Assembly (NCBI GenBank): GCA_964016885.1
Contig: OZ024740.1
Span: 164,486,001 to 164,550,000, forward strand
Direction: 5' to 3'
Origin: Eledone cirrhosa
Taxonomy: Eukaryota
Length of the DNA stretch: 64,000 nucleotides
The first letter of the stretch is position 1. Each line of letters starts with the position of its first letter. The translations under genes were made by a program, and so were the position numbers. Below are positions 24,744-38,870 of this stretch, piece after piece. Under the pieces are notes generated by a model. The model was not told the origin of the DNA and ran no database searches. It saw only the letters and a list, made by a program, of their open reading frames with translations.

Positions 24744-25121
24744 GCACATATATATATAATATGACTCAAATAATTATATTTCACTCTATTCATATGTTAT
24801 TGCTTTCTCTTTAATCATATTAATCTAGGTAGAGTTGTTTATTTAGAAGTCTTGTGGATCAATTTCTAGCTTCCCTATTTAATTTCTGGCTTTAGACGTC
24901 AGACCAACTATTTTAAAACTGTCGAAACATTAAACACCATAAGGTATTTCACTTGAATTTTCTTGTAAAAGCCATAAGGTATGTTTTAAAGCATTTGTTT
25001 ACTGATGGGCTTTTGGCGAATTAATTTTGGACAAATAAAGCTCTACAAATTATAGTTTTTAGCTGTTTTATCTATAATATGACTGAAATAATTTTCTTTT
25101 AGTCTATTCTTATACACACAT

Positions 25122-25201
<80 letters not shown>

Positions 25202-25264
25202 ACACACATACACACACACATACACACACACACATATGTATACATATATATATTTGACCTTAGT

Positions 25265-25815
25265 AAGGTTAATTATATAGAGGTCACTATCAAAATAGGC
25301 GATGAGACGATAGTTACAAACGGCTACAATAAAACTAAGGAGTTTAACTTTAAGGTGGCTTGGATGTCTTCTGCATCTAGCTGTGCGCCATTATCTTTAG
25401 GATACAACGCGTGTTCTAGTCAAGATATGCGCTATAGTAGGATAAATAGCAAGATGAATGCATTTAGACTCTAGTAAGGTTTGTCCATTATTAAATGTTT
25501 TTGGGAGGTGGTTGAGCATATCAAGATCGTCCCCTATGTAGTTTTTAATGTGTTTAAGGAATAGTTTTAATAGGATATCATGGAAGTTGCTGAGGCGGTG
25601 AGTTTCACAAGCTGGCCTACTATTATAGGTCTTAATTTGAGGTCATTGAGAGAGGGGACATTGATGAATATATCTGTGGCTCCCTTGCATGCCTTACTTA
25701 TTTTTTCACTTTTGAGTATCTTAAGAATACCTTTAAAAGGCTGGATTTACCTTTGAAATCAGTGATATTGTTGTATTCCTTGTCGGTAAGTGCTTCTCTG
25801 TAAAGGTTTATCAGA
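25265..25815 (-). mobile_element. Internally deleted PLE RT fragment (Neptune-like, motifs 1-2 region)
   Basis: LTDKEYNNITDF...GILKILKS...DLKLRPII.. CETHRLSNFHDILLKLFLKHIKNYIGDDLDMLNHLP. Confidence 0.7.
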
Positions 25816-25989
25816 GTTTTCAGGTTTCTCATTATTTTCTGTTGCTACTACCACTACCGCTATAGCTAACACCAGTCAGACGATAACAGGCAATAAACTG
25901 ACTTCTATTTCAAACTACCAAGGAGGAGAAAGAGAGAGAAAAAGCGAAAAACTAATATGTAGACTCAGTTTTATATATGTAAACCATGG

Positions 25990-26190
25990 TCTCTTGTTCT
26001 ATTTTCTTATTAATATGCACCTTATAAATTTTATTATACACTTCTAATTACATTCCTGTAGCATGAAGAACCCTAACAATCTTTTGGCTGAAACCGGTAC
26101 GATACTTTCTTTTTTTGTAAATAAATGTCTTGCTGTTATTCTATGAGAAAATGCCATTAGCATTTTCTACTGTTTTCCTTTTTTTACTAA
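25990..26190 (+). mobile_element. PLE-type terminal repeat with degenerate hammerhead
   Basis: atgaaga acc...ggct GAAA CCGG TA cgatac, then aataaa and a gcattttct...tttactaatata end resembling 3635-3660. Confidence 0.5.
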
Positions 26191-26235
26191 TATATATCAA
26201 CTCGTGTGTCATTCTCAACAGTCTAAATACATATG

Positions 26236-26340
<105 letters not shown>

Positions 26341-26559
26341 TGGGATGGTGCGTTTGTATGCATACAGGAAAACGATTCTATTCGTATCAAGTTCTATATT
26401 ATATGCAGAATCATTTACTCCAGGGATATTAATTATGGAGGATTGGAAAAAAAGCTTCTTCTCCCACCTTATTGTTAACTGCCTGAAGAGGAATACAAGT
26501 GTCATGTTGACCGAACATTTAACGTTTAAAAATACTTCGTTTGAAAAAAACGAAGTATC

Positions 26560-26647
<88 letters not shown>

Positions 26648-26904
26648 GTAGATATCCTATCAAGTATTTGTTATTCGTTGAATTGGTCTGAAAGCATTTC
26701 ACCCATGGCAATTCTTTCTTTTATGTGTATGGCGAACAATGTTATCGAATGTCTCTTTCCATATTCCGGCGTGGTTGGATATGATTTGAAGATTTGGCTG
26801 TTATTCGAAGCTGGTTATATAATAGTGGAGAAGAACCTAACTCGTAATTTTTCGTTGCATTCTTTGTTGTGATAATTTTTTTTGTTAGACACAGACCGAC
26901 TGTT

Positions 26905-27065
26905 TGTAGGGATGGAGAAGTCAATTACATCGACTCCAAAACTTTAATGGTATTTTATTTCATCAACCCTGGGAGGATGAAAGTCAAAGTTGATCACCGT
27001 GAGATTTGAAATCAGAATGTAAAGAGCTGTTAATAAATGAAAAATATTTTGTCCGGCCCCCCTAA
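26905..27065 (-). mobile_element. Degenerate tRNA-derived SINE
   Basis: Reverse-complement match to the 31917 family (aggatgaaagtcaaagttga...gatttgaa). Confidence 0.5.
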
Positions 27066-28960
27066 CACCTCAGCTGTGGTGGTAATGGTAGTGGTATTAT
27101 TATTTAGCTTCAGGTACTCTTTGATGAGCAGACATATGATGAAAAACATTGCAGTCGTGATTATCCTTTCTTTTTATGTCTTTTCGGGAAAGCCAGGATT
27201 ATATTAATCGATGTGTCTGTTTCTAAGAGGGAGAGGGCGTGATTTGAGAAATACTTGGCTACTATTTCTGGTAGATTCTGTAACCTAGTTAGGTCTCCTC
27301 ATTGGTTCATCCTGGCACTCTAGCTATTATGCCACTTGAAAAAAAAATAGTGATTTCTAACATTGACCCTATGTCATATATTTTGAGAGGAAGCTACTAT
27401 AGATGATTTAATCGAAACAAGTAATTGAATGGTACTTCATTTTATCAAACTCCTAAAAAATGAAAGGCAAATTCAATCTCAGATAAGGGATGCAACTAAA
27501 TATGTTTGTGTTGACCACGGTCTCTCTAATTAAGATTTCCGAAAAAAGGGCAAAGGCACCTAATCAGAGTAGACATGCGCTCAATTACTAATGCATGACC
27601 TTATTTTGTTAACCCTCGAAGAGCTAAAGAAAAGCAAATTTGATCACTTTATCTCATGAAGATTACACTAATTCTATTATTTTATAGTATTGAAATAGCA
27701 GAAACCAATGTGCAATGTCGACTAAATGTTATATGATATTCAGTTATAACCATTTACGTTCTGAATTTAAATCTCGCCGATGTCTGCCTAGCATTTATTG
27801 CTTCCTCGGCCGATGAAAATATATACCAGTAAAGTACTTTGAAATATAATTGAATAAAAAAGAAAATCCTAAAAAAACATGTAACACAGTGCTAGTCAAT
27901 ATTCAATCACGCCACATTACATTAAGACCCCCTTTCCTTCAATTTTGACATCTATTCAGCCATACTTATTAAGTACCAATCAAGGAATGTTGTTGATTCA
28001 ATCGAAATATATCCCTCTCCCTACAAATTTAAGAACGCGACTATTTTTTAAACTATCATTGATATAACAGTTCTTAAAGTTTATTAAATTTTTCGTTTGC
28101 TTTTTATACATAGGTGGTTGAAAATACAATCGCGTTTAACGATGAATTATGTGAGTACAAGATAAACATAATCGTGTTATGACAGCAAAACAGGGGGAAA
28201 TATAAAGTAAATAACTAAATATGAGTAATAAGAGGAGAGTGAAACTATTAATTTAGTTTGAGAAAGAAGCGGCAAAGGTGGGCGAGTGGAGAAAAATGAA
28301 TAGATTGCCTACTTTTAATTAATGCAAAAGCGACGGCTAGGCGACAAACACTTACAGTAAAGTCAATATACAATATTCCAAATGAGATGATATTCAGAAC
28401 ACCTGTGTTTGCTTGTAAGAGTATATGTGGTAGTAGTATATATAGAAGGTGGGTGATCATTTCCATTCTTTCAATTACTACCACTTGATACGCTCTCACA
28501 GGCTGTTTCAGTCTGTGTCACTCTTTGTCTCATTTACTCGTGTCACTCTGTTGTCATTTTCTCTATTAGCCATTGAAACGTGAACTGGATTCTTCCCCAC
28601 TTATGGTATATATATATATATATATATATAGCTTCTATTGTTATTTCTTATTGATTGTGTCCTTCGTCACTTCTCAAAAGTGTGGTCGGTCTGTGGGCAT
28701 TGTAATTTAAATAAAATGATTTAATGATGCGATCCAGATGCTGGACAGAAACCTAGCAGAAGTATAGTCGCTGAAGAAAGAATGAGTAACAATCCTCTAT
28801 AAACAATATTTATATATATGTACACTTACACATATACAATTCTCTCTCTCTCTCTCTCTCTCTCTCTTTATATATATATATATATATATATTATGAAGAG
28901 AGAAGAAACATTTAGATATAATTAGTAATAAAATGTATCATACATAAACTGTTCCTAAAT

Positions 28961-29048
28961 TCCTCGACTACGTAGTTTCGTGGCATAAACAAAAACAATA
29001 TATCAAAGATATAGAGTCCTTGCGAGGTCTGCCGACTTATCAAGAGGA
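28961..29048 (-). ncRNA. Type I hammerhead motif, U3:A8 core variant
   Basis: TCCTC TTGATAA gtcggca...tgccac GAAA CTACGTAG TC GAGGA. Perfect stem I, palindromic ACTACGTAGT stem III, GUC site. Confidence 0.7.
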
Positions 29049-29311
29049 TACCTCATTTTACTAGTCTCAAGAACGCGTCTACACGACGTGAGAAAGAATC
29101 CCAAAAGGCGGAGGGGGAGACAGTCACGCGATATAACGGTCGAGAAACAGAGCTAAGCCTCCTATAACCACGAAGAAAATACCACGGAGGCGGAGGGGGT
29201 ATTCACATCGAGGCCGCAGAAGAGGTAGTGAAGAAGGCGAGAAGTATGAGTAATGGAAGCTTTCCAGTTGTCCCCACACTTCAAAGATTGCTCGACCAGA
29301 GGGAGTTATTA

Positions 29312-29511
29312 ATATATTTAGAAACACACAGATACATGCGGACACACACATATATATATGAATGCATCCGCACCCAACTGTGAGTTAAGGGTGCCAACTT
29401 CACCGATGTTGCTCAATGAATGACCGGGACAGGGTTAACTCACAGTTGGGTGCGGATGCATTCATATATATATGTGTGTGTCCGCATGTATCTGTGTGTT
29501 TCTAAATATAT
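29312..29511. repeat. About 77-bp inverted repeat (29312-29388 / 29435-29511) abutting (TA)n
   Basis: tttagaaacacacagatacatgcgg...cccaactgtgagttaa and its reverse complement. Confidence 0.85.
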
Positions 29512-29544
29512 ATATATATATGTATATATATTATATATATATAT

Positions 29545-29577
<33 letters not shown>

Positions 29578-29648
29578 AATATATATATATACATATATAT
29601 ATATATATTCTATTCCGTTTACCAATATATATATATATATATATACAT

Positions 29649-29971
<323 letters not shown>

Positions 29972-29979
29972 ATATATAT

Positions 29980-30791
29980 ATATATAAAGTTATAGTTCCT
30001 GTCTGTTTGTTTGTTTGTTGACGAACTCCTCCGATGGTTTTGGAGACAGACTTCCATAACCATATATATTCTGAAACTACATTTCGCAGGGTACTTGGAT
30101 AAGTATATTTAATTTTAATCAAAGGGTTCCCCGGGGGCACAAACCCCCCGCTGAAAATGTTTTCCCTTCGATTTGTATGAAATTTAAACCATAGATAAAT
30201 GACAAGATATTATACATATTCACAAATTCAGCAAATTTCAATAATATTAAGACACGCTAATGGGGGTTAAACCCCCATAATGGACATTTTTGAAGCCCAT
30301 AACTTGCGTATTAGAACCTCTATTATCACGGGTTTTTTCTATTAATTAAACGTAAATCAATGTCTTCAACGTTAATCAACAAAAAAAAGCACCTCTCTTT
30401 TATGTTGATTACCCTGAAGTTCTTCATTAGGATAAAGTATGAAATATATTTTCATGAATTTATTATGTTAAAAAATAAATAATTAAACTTTGAATTTCTA
30501 ATTTGAAAATAATGCTTTACACAAAAATGAAATGATCAAGTTTTGAATTGATATTTTTAAAAAAAATTTACAAGAAAGAAAATAAGAATAAGATTTATTA
30601 ATGTAATTTTGATTTGATATATTACAAAAAATGTTTTCCAATTTTTCATGCATTACATTTTTCATTGAGTAATATTGGAATGCAGAGTTTTTCTCCATAA
30701 ATTATATCACTGATTTAAAATAAATCATCATTTTCTTACAGAATAAAACAAAAATGCGTGAAACGCAGCATGGCGCAGGTAATTCGGCTAG
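29980..30791 (+). mobile_element. Non-autonomous Helitron-like element
   Basis: 5' tatataaag..(gttt)n, internal GGGGG..CCCCC hairpins, 3' GC-rich hairpin gcgtgaaacgc, terminal CTAG followed by T; no TSD. Confidence 0.6.
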
Positions 30792-30907
30792 TATATATAT
30801 ATATATATATATGTAAAAGCTAAACAGAAATAACAGCACAATCGGTACATAATATGGAAGGGATATATTAGGTTAACGCTTGATATAGCAATATATACAT
30901 ATATATT

Positions 30908-31009
<102 letters not shown>

Positions 31010-31333
31010 ATGTAGATAAATCTACCAAAATATACGGTAGTGTCCAATCCGTATGAAAAACTCAATGTAATCCAAATATCATGAAAATAGATGTATTCAA
31101 AATTTCTTCGATGAAAATCACAGGAAAACAGAGTCAAGATAAATTAATAAAAACAATGAATAAAAACAAAGAAAATATATATATATATATATATATATAC
31201 TGGCTTTCTACCCTGTGAGCGCTCTCTATACAACTTTGTGTGCTACGTTGTAACAATTGCTCACGGTATGGTGAACTAACTGTTGTGTTACCACTTCAAT
31301 ATATATATATATATAAATATATATATATATATC

Positions 31334-31763
31334 AAAATAAAGATCCGAAGGCATGGTATAAATTTCCAATCATTTTAATCACGACACATGTTTCAATAAG
31401 AGATAGATGGATCGTGCGGCCATGATCGATTATCACTGATCTCTAGTGAGTGAACATCGTTAAATTTTCTCCGTCATGTCAAGGATTTGAAGACAATCCA
31501 TTTTCACCTGACGAGATCAGTGATAATCGATCATGGCCGCACGATCGATCTATCTCTTATTGAAATATGTGTCGTGATTAAAATGATTGGAAATTTATAC
31601 CATGCCTTCGGAACTTTATTTTCATACAAATACTCCGTTTTACATCATCTAGCTGTTACCATAAATGGAATTGGAGATATACAAAAGCGTGAAGAACTTC
31701 ATATTGCTAACAAAAGTTTATTGGACCGTATGACACAACCAATAATACATCTTACTATATAAC

Positions 31764-31765
<2 letters not shown>
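31334..31765 (+). mobile_element. Fold-back mini-element: arms 31334-31443 / 31513-31622, tail 31623-31765, flanked by (TA)n
   Basis: Near-perfect inverted arms overlapping an intact hammerhead. Confidence 0.8.
31504..31577 (+). ncRNA. Type I hammerhead motif, intact core
   Basis: TCAC CTGACGA gat..ATCGATC..GATCGAT..att GAAA tatgtg TC GTGA; the inverted arm reads GAAACATGTGTC. Confidence 0.7.
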
Positions 31766-31803
<38 letters not shown>

Positions 31804-31872
31804 ACACATACATACACATATATATTTATATACACACACACACATACACACACACACCTATATATATATATA

Positions 31873-31903
<31 letters not shown>

Positions 31904-31916
31904 GAACAATTGGATT

Positions 31917-32096
31917 GGCAGTATCGGTAGAGGGTCGGACGCCATGCTTTCCAGCATAGTTACGTCCCTTTACGATCTGAGTTCAAATCCCGCCGAGGTT
32001 GACTTTGCCTTTCATCCTTACGGGGTCGATAAAATAAAGTACCAGTAATGAACTGGGTAATTGCTGGCCTTGTGCCTAAAGTAGAAACAAATATTA
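31917..32096 (+). mobile_element. tRNA-derived SINE (Meta-like central domain)
   Basis: A box tggcagtatcggtaga, B box gttcaaatcc, core gttgactttgcctttcatccttacggggtcgataaaataaagtaccag; multiple copies in the window. Confidence 0.75.
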
Positions 32097-33002
32097 CGGC
32101 TATTTGTGTTAGGATGCGTAGATTTCAAATTTTCTCGCTGTTTCTTAAACCCATCATTTTGTTTCAACTTTTAGCTACTTGCATAGTATTTTCTAAAATG
32201 ACGGAATTGTTACCTACTGGCTCTTTAACGTAGTTGATAAATTCACTCGCTCGGCATCATATGCGTGGGGAGTTTGATTCTCCCGTCTCCACTGGTACAT
32301 GTCCCAGTGTTCCCAATAACTATTTAGAATGGTTTCTGGTTTAGGCGCAAAGGCACCAATGGTTTGTGCGCGGATAGGGGGAGCGATTAAATCGGCACTA
32401 GTGCATCTTTAGCACTTTATTTTATTGACATAAAATTTAAACGGAAAGCTAACCTCAGCGGGATTTGAACTCTGAAGAACTATTCGTAATGATAGGCTAC
32501 TATTATAGTCGCTTTCGATAAATTTAAATTCATTTTGCATTTGTTTTAAATACCGTGTTAATATTAAATACATATATGACTTTCTATGAAGACATTTCCA
32601 TTTATAAAGACACATGCACACACACATGCACACACACACACACATGTACACTCATACACACACGCACGCACAAACACACATATACATACAAACAAACACA
32701 CACACACGCACAAACACACACACACTCACATATTGTTAAGTAGAGAGATACATGTACGTGTATTTTTGTTTAAGTTTTATCGGGCAAAAATATAAATTAT
32801 GTAATAGATTTTTTGGTCAACTGTTCTCAACAAAATGTATGTATGTGTGTATGTATGTATGTATGTATGTATGTATGTATGTATGTATGTATGTATGTAT
32901 GTATGTATGTATGCAAGTATGTACGTATATATGTATGTATGTACGTAACGTATATACATATGTACATACATACATACATGCATGCATACATACATACATA
33001 CT

Positions 33003-33092
<90 letters not shown>

Positions 33093-33702
33093 CATTTATA
33101 CATAAATCCACACACATACACATATAATGATGCATCTGTGTTTTGATGCGTGTGTACGTGTATATATACACATTTAGATACGAGTAAACAATGATATAAA
33201 CGATGTTAAGTGCAGATGGCTTTTTAAAAGAGGAGCAAAATGATGCTATATAAACTGACACCTGGTTTCGTATAATGTATAGAAGAACATTTCCCGCCGA
33301 CACGTACTGAATGTTTACACGACAAGGTGTTGATAGACAAGCAATGTTAAAAACATAATTGTGTGAAGTATAAACGACATCTGAGTGTATGATAGAGAAT
33401 TCAACAACTATCACAGGTGTACGTTCGTTTGGTCATATCATTGTTCTCTTTATTTTGATAGTCAATTGATAATAAAAGCGGTCTCAGGTTTTAATCAAAC
33501 ATACTAAATAGTCGTAGATATATATATATATATATCTTTCCCTGTACCTCATCATCAACATCCTTCTCATCTTCATCATTTTCCTTGTAGTACTTGTAAA
33601 TGTTGTTGCCGTTGTCGTCGTTATACACCTTCTCCTCCCCCTCCACCTCCACATCCCCATCATCATCTTTTGTGTGTATATTATCACAGATATCTTCCAA
33701 CG

Positions 33703-34055
33703 TTCTTCTTCTTCTTCTTCTTCTTCTTCTTCTTCTTCTTCTTCTTCTTCTTCTTCTTCTTCTTCTTCTTCGTCCATTTATTCCTGAGAGGGTCGTGGGT
33801 GCAAAGTCCTCAAACACTCCTAACAGCGGGTCCTGTTGACGCTACTGTCTCCAACTGATCCGGCTGGATTCCCAAGCGTTTCCAGTCAAGCTCATGGATG
33901 TTATCAAAGCATCTTGCTTGGGGTCTACACCTGGGTCTCTTGCCAGTTGGTTTTGTCAGTAAAATATGTCCAGCGATTCTTCCCTAAGACATTCTAACAA
34001 CACGCCCATAGTATCGGAGCTGTGGATCCCTCAATTTGGAGAAGTAGCGACTCTA
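33703..34055 (-). mobile_element. RTE-clade LINE 3' end with (GAA)n tail
   Basis: QLRYYGRVVRMS..RIA..ILL.KPTGKRPR.RP..R..DNI...DW..LGI, then (GAA)n on the minus strand. Confidence 0.8.
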
Positions 34056-34229
34056 CCTGGGGAAATTTTTCTCTGACAAACGATAAATAAAATCAACACA
34101 ATCCGTGATTGATAATTGATTATATTGACCATTATAGGTGAAGGAAAAATTGATCCTGGCGGAATTTAAATTCCGAACATAACGTACCAGGAGGCATTTG
34201 TCTTTCCGTCCTGTTTTCAAATCTCACCG

Positions 34230-34294
34230 AGATCAAGAGATCAAGTGAGATATCGAGATCAAGAGATCAAGAGATCACGAGAGATCACGAGAGA

Positions 34295-34360
<66 letters not shown>
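34230..34360. repeat. GAGATCA(A/C) short tandem repeats grading into (GA)n
   Basis: Direct inspection. Confidence 0.85.
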
Positions 34361-34364
<4 letters not shown>

Positions 34365-37300
34365 GTTTGTGATGTGCATATGTGTTTGTGTGTATGAGGG
34401 ATAGAGAAAGAGTGGGAAATATTGAGAGAGAAGTGAACAGGAGCATATGCTGGAGTTTGCTATTGCAGTTGTCACATTATTGTTTGCAATTCTAATGATG
34501 GTTGAAAAACTTGCTTCATAATCACCATCAGAATCTGACAAAGCCCGTTAAAGAAAAGTATGAACAAACTGATTTCAAGTAGAAGGCTGGTAAGACGTTT
34601 GGAAAGGAGGCAAATGTATAGCGTAGATCACGTTCACATTGATCTGAACAGATAACAAAGCGCTGGTCAATTTGATGCACAAGCTTGAGGAGGAAAACTC
34701 AGTTAATATGTTGAAGATATGCAAGTTATGATACTGATAGAAGGAGTCCCCGAAAGAGAACAATTGCTACAGATCGCATTGAAGTTCAACTATCGTATGC
34801 TGGGCTATTGTCGAAAATTGTTTGGTACAGCTGGCACAGAAATACTTACGAACTCTTTCTTTTGTGTTATGAGGTACAAAAGGTGTAAGAACGTAGTGAG
34901 TAGAGTTGGGAGGAGGGTTGGGCGTGTCTGATTCAAGGTAAGTGGCACATGCTGAAACGTATATACTGGGTTTAACTTATTTCATGTAATTTAAGCTGGT
35001 AAAATCGTATTTATGGAATGATTATGTAAATATCAGTGACAGAACAGCTTACCAAATATTTCGTATGACAAGTGCTCTTCAGGACCACAACATTTATCCT
35101 TGGATATATCGCCAGTTTGTGAGAGAAGTACTGTCAAACAACGAAGTAATAAGCAATTTATAAGAATTGAAATAAATTGTTTTATCTGAATTAATATTTC
35201 ACAGATTTAATATCGCTCCGTTATCAATGGAATCCTCCAATAGACTAAACAGATTCCACATTTTCCATAAAATTTAGAGCAACCGTACTGTATATTTTCC
35301 CTTTTGTCTGAAGACTATGAATGTATATGATAACAAAAGGAAATTTAGGTATGTTCAGATAACCCTTTGCAATACTTGTCGTTTATTTTTGTGTAATATT
35401 ATTTAGTAAGTTTCTTAAAATCCTCCATTTCATTATCTCTTTCACCCCTACAAAGTATATTACAATATCAATATAACTGGAAAACATGATTTTCTCTTTC
35501 GAATATAAAAATATGTACGCATACCTAATTTATAAGGCTTGCAAAACTTTGACCGTAATGGCTGTCAATATGTCAAAATAGAATCCAATAAGTATGGTAT
35601 CGATATTTCAAGTAGAAAATGTCTATATTAGTAATGTTAGGAGGAAATGAAGATTTCGAAAGGGTTCAAAATGGCATCTCATACTGTAGTTAAACTATAA
35701 ATATTACATATACTGAGCCATTTCCTCTGTCTTCCATTTATTCTTGGCCAGCGGTTTTAGACGATTATTATTTTGTCCGGTGAATTGGTTCAGCAATGTA
35801 TAGTACTTTCTTTTTATGAGTCTTGAACGGAGTTAATAAATTTTCTATCACTTTTCCATGACAGGCTACTGGCAAAATCGACCAGCCAGTGTAATATTCG
35901 TCTTTTCTCATCACAAATCGCCGTTAAAGAGTCATGATTAACGGAAGTAATATAACCAAATATCGCTAGCTTCGTCTACCAATGCAGACGCTATTAATAT
36001 AAACTAGCTGCACATTTTTCTCGTACTATGACACCTTCTTCGTTGCACGATAAACGTGTTTGCTATAAACTCTGATGTTCCGACGAGGTTTTACAGTTTA
36101 TTACATCACAATTATCGTCCTTTATCTAATATCCTTTCTTATGTTTTTATTATGTCTTTACTTCGCTTTTCTTTTCTTTTTCTTCTTGGAAAGAGCTGTA
36201 TATTTGTAAAGAGTGAACATTTCTCCCATCTACATAAATATGTAGTCATGGAGGGTGAGCGTGCTAGTGGTGTGTGGTAGGAAACTGTTATCAAATGATT
36301 CACGTTAACTGGTGCAGCCATAGAGATGAAGCGATTTGGTAGGTTGAAAGAAGACAGTAGGGGTGGTTTATCAAAGACTGGTCATATCAGCTCGTCAGCT
36401 TAAGTGAAAAACAAGTAATGAAGTTTCTAATAGCTTTTTTGGACCTTAAGGAGCAGTTTTGAAGAGAAATAACTCGTCTTGATAACATAATCGGTCAATA
36501 TTGCTTGACATGCTAATAATGGACATACGAGATTCAGCTACGTTTCTAAATATTATGCTAGATTTTATGTTATAGAGTTAATGGCTTTCAATTTGAGATA
36601 ATTAGAGTATCAAACGTGAATTTACATTCCTGGGTCTAGGTAAATTTCAGTATTCATAAAACTACAGTTATTGGTAAAGGGATTAAAGCGAATTTTTCTG
36701 TTAAATAGCTTAATTGTTACTAAGAAGACGTCTGGATGAGTTTTAAATGTGTTGTATGAAGGAGACAGTCTAAATTGATTGAAAAATACCTAAATTATAT
36801 CTTCAGCCAGTAGTGATTCGTTAATCTCAAGTTACAGAATTTATTACGAGAAACTTATTGATTCTAATATATTATAAAATATGTGTATTTACTGCCGCTG
36901 TTAACATTTATGTTAATATTTACAGTATGAATATGGTAAAAATTATTTTAAAGCGTTGTTTCAAGTATAAATTGAATATTAATTATTTCCATAATTTCAA
37001 TATATGATCGTATGAAAATTCTAATAGAGCCGTTAAGTAATTCAATGATAATTTTCTGTAGGAGTTTAATTCATACACATTTTATTGGTTACGTTGGGAT
37101 GAAATATATAGGAAATACTTTTATCTGTGAATTCGAACAGTAACTCTCCGAACTAGCTTTCTATAATCAACTGCGCCATCTATTCTAAAAAAGAATCAGT
37201 GTCTTCAACAAGACATCTAACTAATTTAATCTGATGACGCATTTCAAGCGCTGTTAATATCGGCTCAGCACCCATTAGATTTATAGGGCAGTGATAATAA

Positions 37301-38284
37301 AATTGTAAATCTTACACCAAGGCTTATAATAAGACACTAATTTACAACCAATAATACCACATTCATTTGGTAATTACATCTGCGGAAAATCTAATTTTTA
37401 TTCACTGCTAAAAGTTTGAAAATCCTTGTGCTGATTGTAATTACGTGCCAATGAACATCACTTATTCTCTCAGTGTGGCTCACACCTGCATAAGGAGAAA
37501 TTAAAATTGATTGCTAAGCCTTTCTCCTTAAACTGAAATTTCTCTTAATAGTTCATCAATGAGGTGTCGTACTTCGGTGTAATTAAACCAGAGTAACAGA
37601 TCCCTTACCAACAACAACAGCCATGACAACGAAAACATTTTGAAAAATGACTTTTGGAAAATATATGAGCCAAAATAAGTATATATTTTCCGCTCGCATA
37701 TATTTAACATATATTATTTTGAGAACGTAATTATGAAAGATGTTAGAGACTAGTTACTACTCAGGAGTAAATGCGTAAAATCGTTTTAAGTAATTACAGT
37801 AAGAAAAAATTCTAGCTCCAGCGTAGTTTTCGTAATATTAGTTTCAAACAAGTAGACTTTCGTTTCTGACCTGAAATTAGATTTGTTTAATGGAAATGAA
37901 CGTTTGCACCTGGTTTGTTAAAACCCATTACTTACACATGATTTACTCTGTTGGATCATTTTCAACAGACACTTTATCTTTACTGTTATTTGTAAAAATG
38001 ACAGTTCAAATGAACTAAAGATAAGCTTTATATGTCCCCAGATTTCATTTGCAACTCGTCTTGAAATTGAAACCTTTCTGCTTAGATTTGATCCACCGAA
38101 ACAAAAATATTGTAAACTAGGGAATACACAAGAATGACATTTCATTGGCATAAATAGGGAAATATATATTTGTAGTGTCTAAGAGACACAAGTAGGTGCA
38201 CTGATAGGGCCAATAAAAAAACAAAACCAAACATGTATTATCTGAAGTTGCAAGCATTGGGAGAATATATCTATGAGTAATAAC

Positions 38285-38440
38285 TGTTTCTACTTTAGGC
38301 ACAAGGCCAGCAATTAACCAGTACATTACTGGTACTTTATTTTATCGACCCCGTAAGGATGAAAGGCAAAGTTAACCTTGGCGGGATTTGAACCGCCAAG
38401 GTTAACTTTGCCTTTCATCCTTACGGGGTCGATAAAATAA
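38285..38440 (-). mobile_element. 5'-truncated SINE with fold-back inversion and an 18-bp target-site duplication
   Basis: atatctatgagtaataac at 38267-38284 and 38441-38458; inverted arms about 38336-38383 / 38393-38441. Confidence 0.85.
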
Positions 38441-38709
38441 ATATCTATGAGTAATAACGTGATGGAAAGAGAATAGGAAAATAAAATTTGTATATCGGTC
38501 GTAGTATTCTAGTAGTATTAAGAGGTTTCTGTCATAGCATTGCCATTTTGGTTAGTACTCATTTTATACATTTGTATTTGTCGAATAACACAGTTACATT
38601 TTGTTTTAAAGAGACTCGCTCTCATATGATTCTTTCCCTCTCTTTCTTTCTCTCCTCTCTCTATCTCTCTCTCTCTCTCTCTGTATGTATGTGTAAATAT
38701 ATATATATT

Positions 38710-38870
38710 TGAAATCGAAATCGAATGAAATCGAAAATGCAATTGGAGTCTTTTTAAGAATATTAATTTGTTTCCTTTACCGGCTTCACAGTTCTTATGC
38801 TTTTCAAAAGTAGAATTGAGATGGCGGGCTTGTGGTTTACATACCAGCGACATCTCAATTCTACTTTTCA
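38710..38870 (-). mobile_element. Second copy of the 628-943 hammerhead family, with a short fold-back
   Basis: Aligns to 700-822; aaaagtagaattgagatg / catctcaattctactttt hairpin. Confidence 0.7.

Noticed and set aside
31917-32000. tRNA gene (A and B boxes; also at 56300-56380)
   Set aside because: The boxes are followed by SINE body sequence repeated in the window, and no cloverleaf forms.
37228-37260. CTGATGA followed by a small hairpin
   Set aside because: No downstream GAAA, UH or stem I; chance match.
34380-38260. Repeat-poor stretch that could hold host exons or regulatory DNA
   Set aside because: No ORF with recognisable motifs or supportable splice structure; needs RNA-seq or conservation data.
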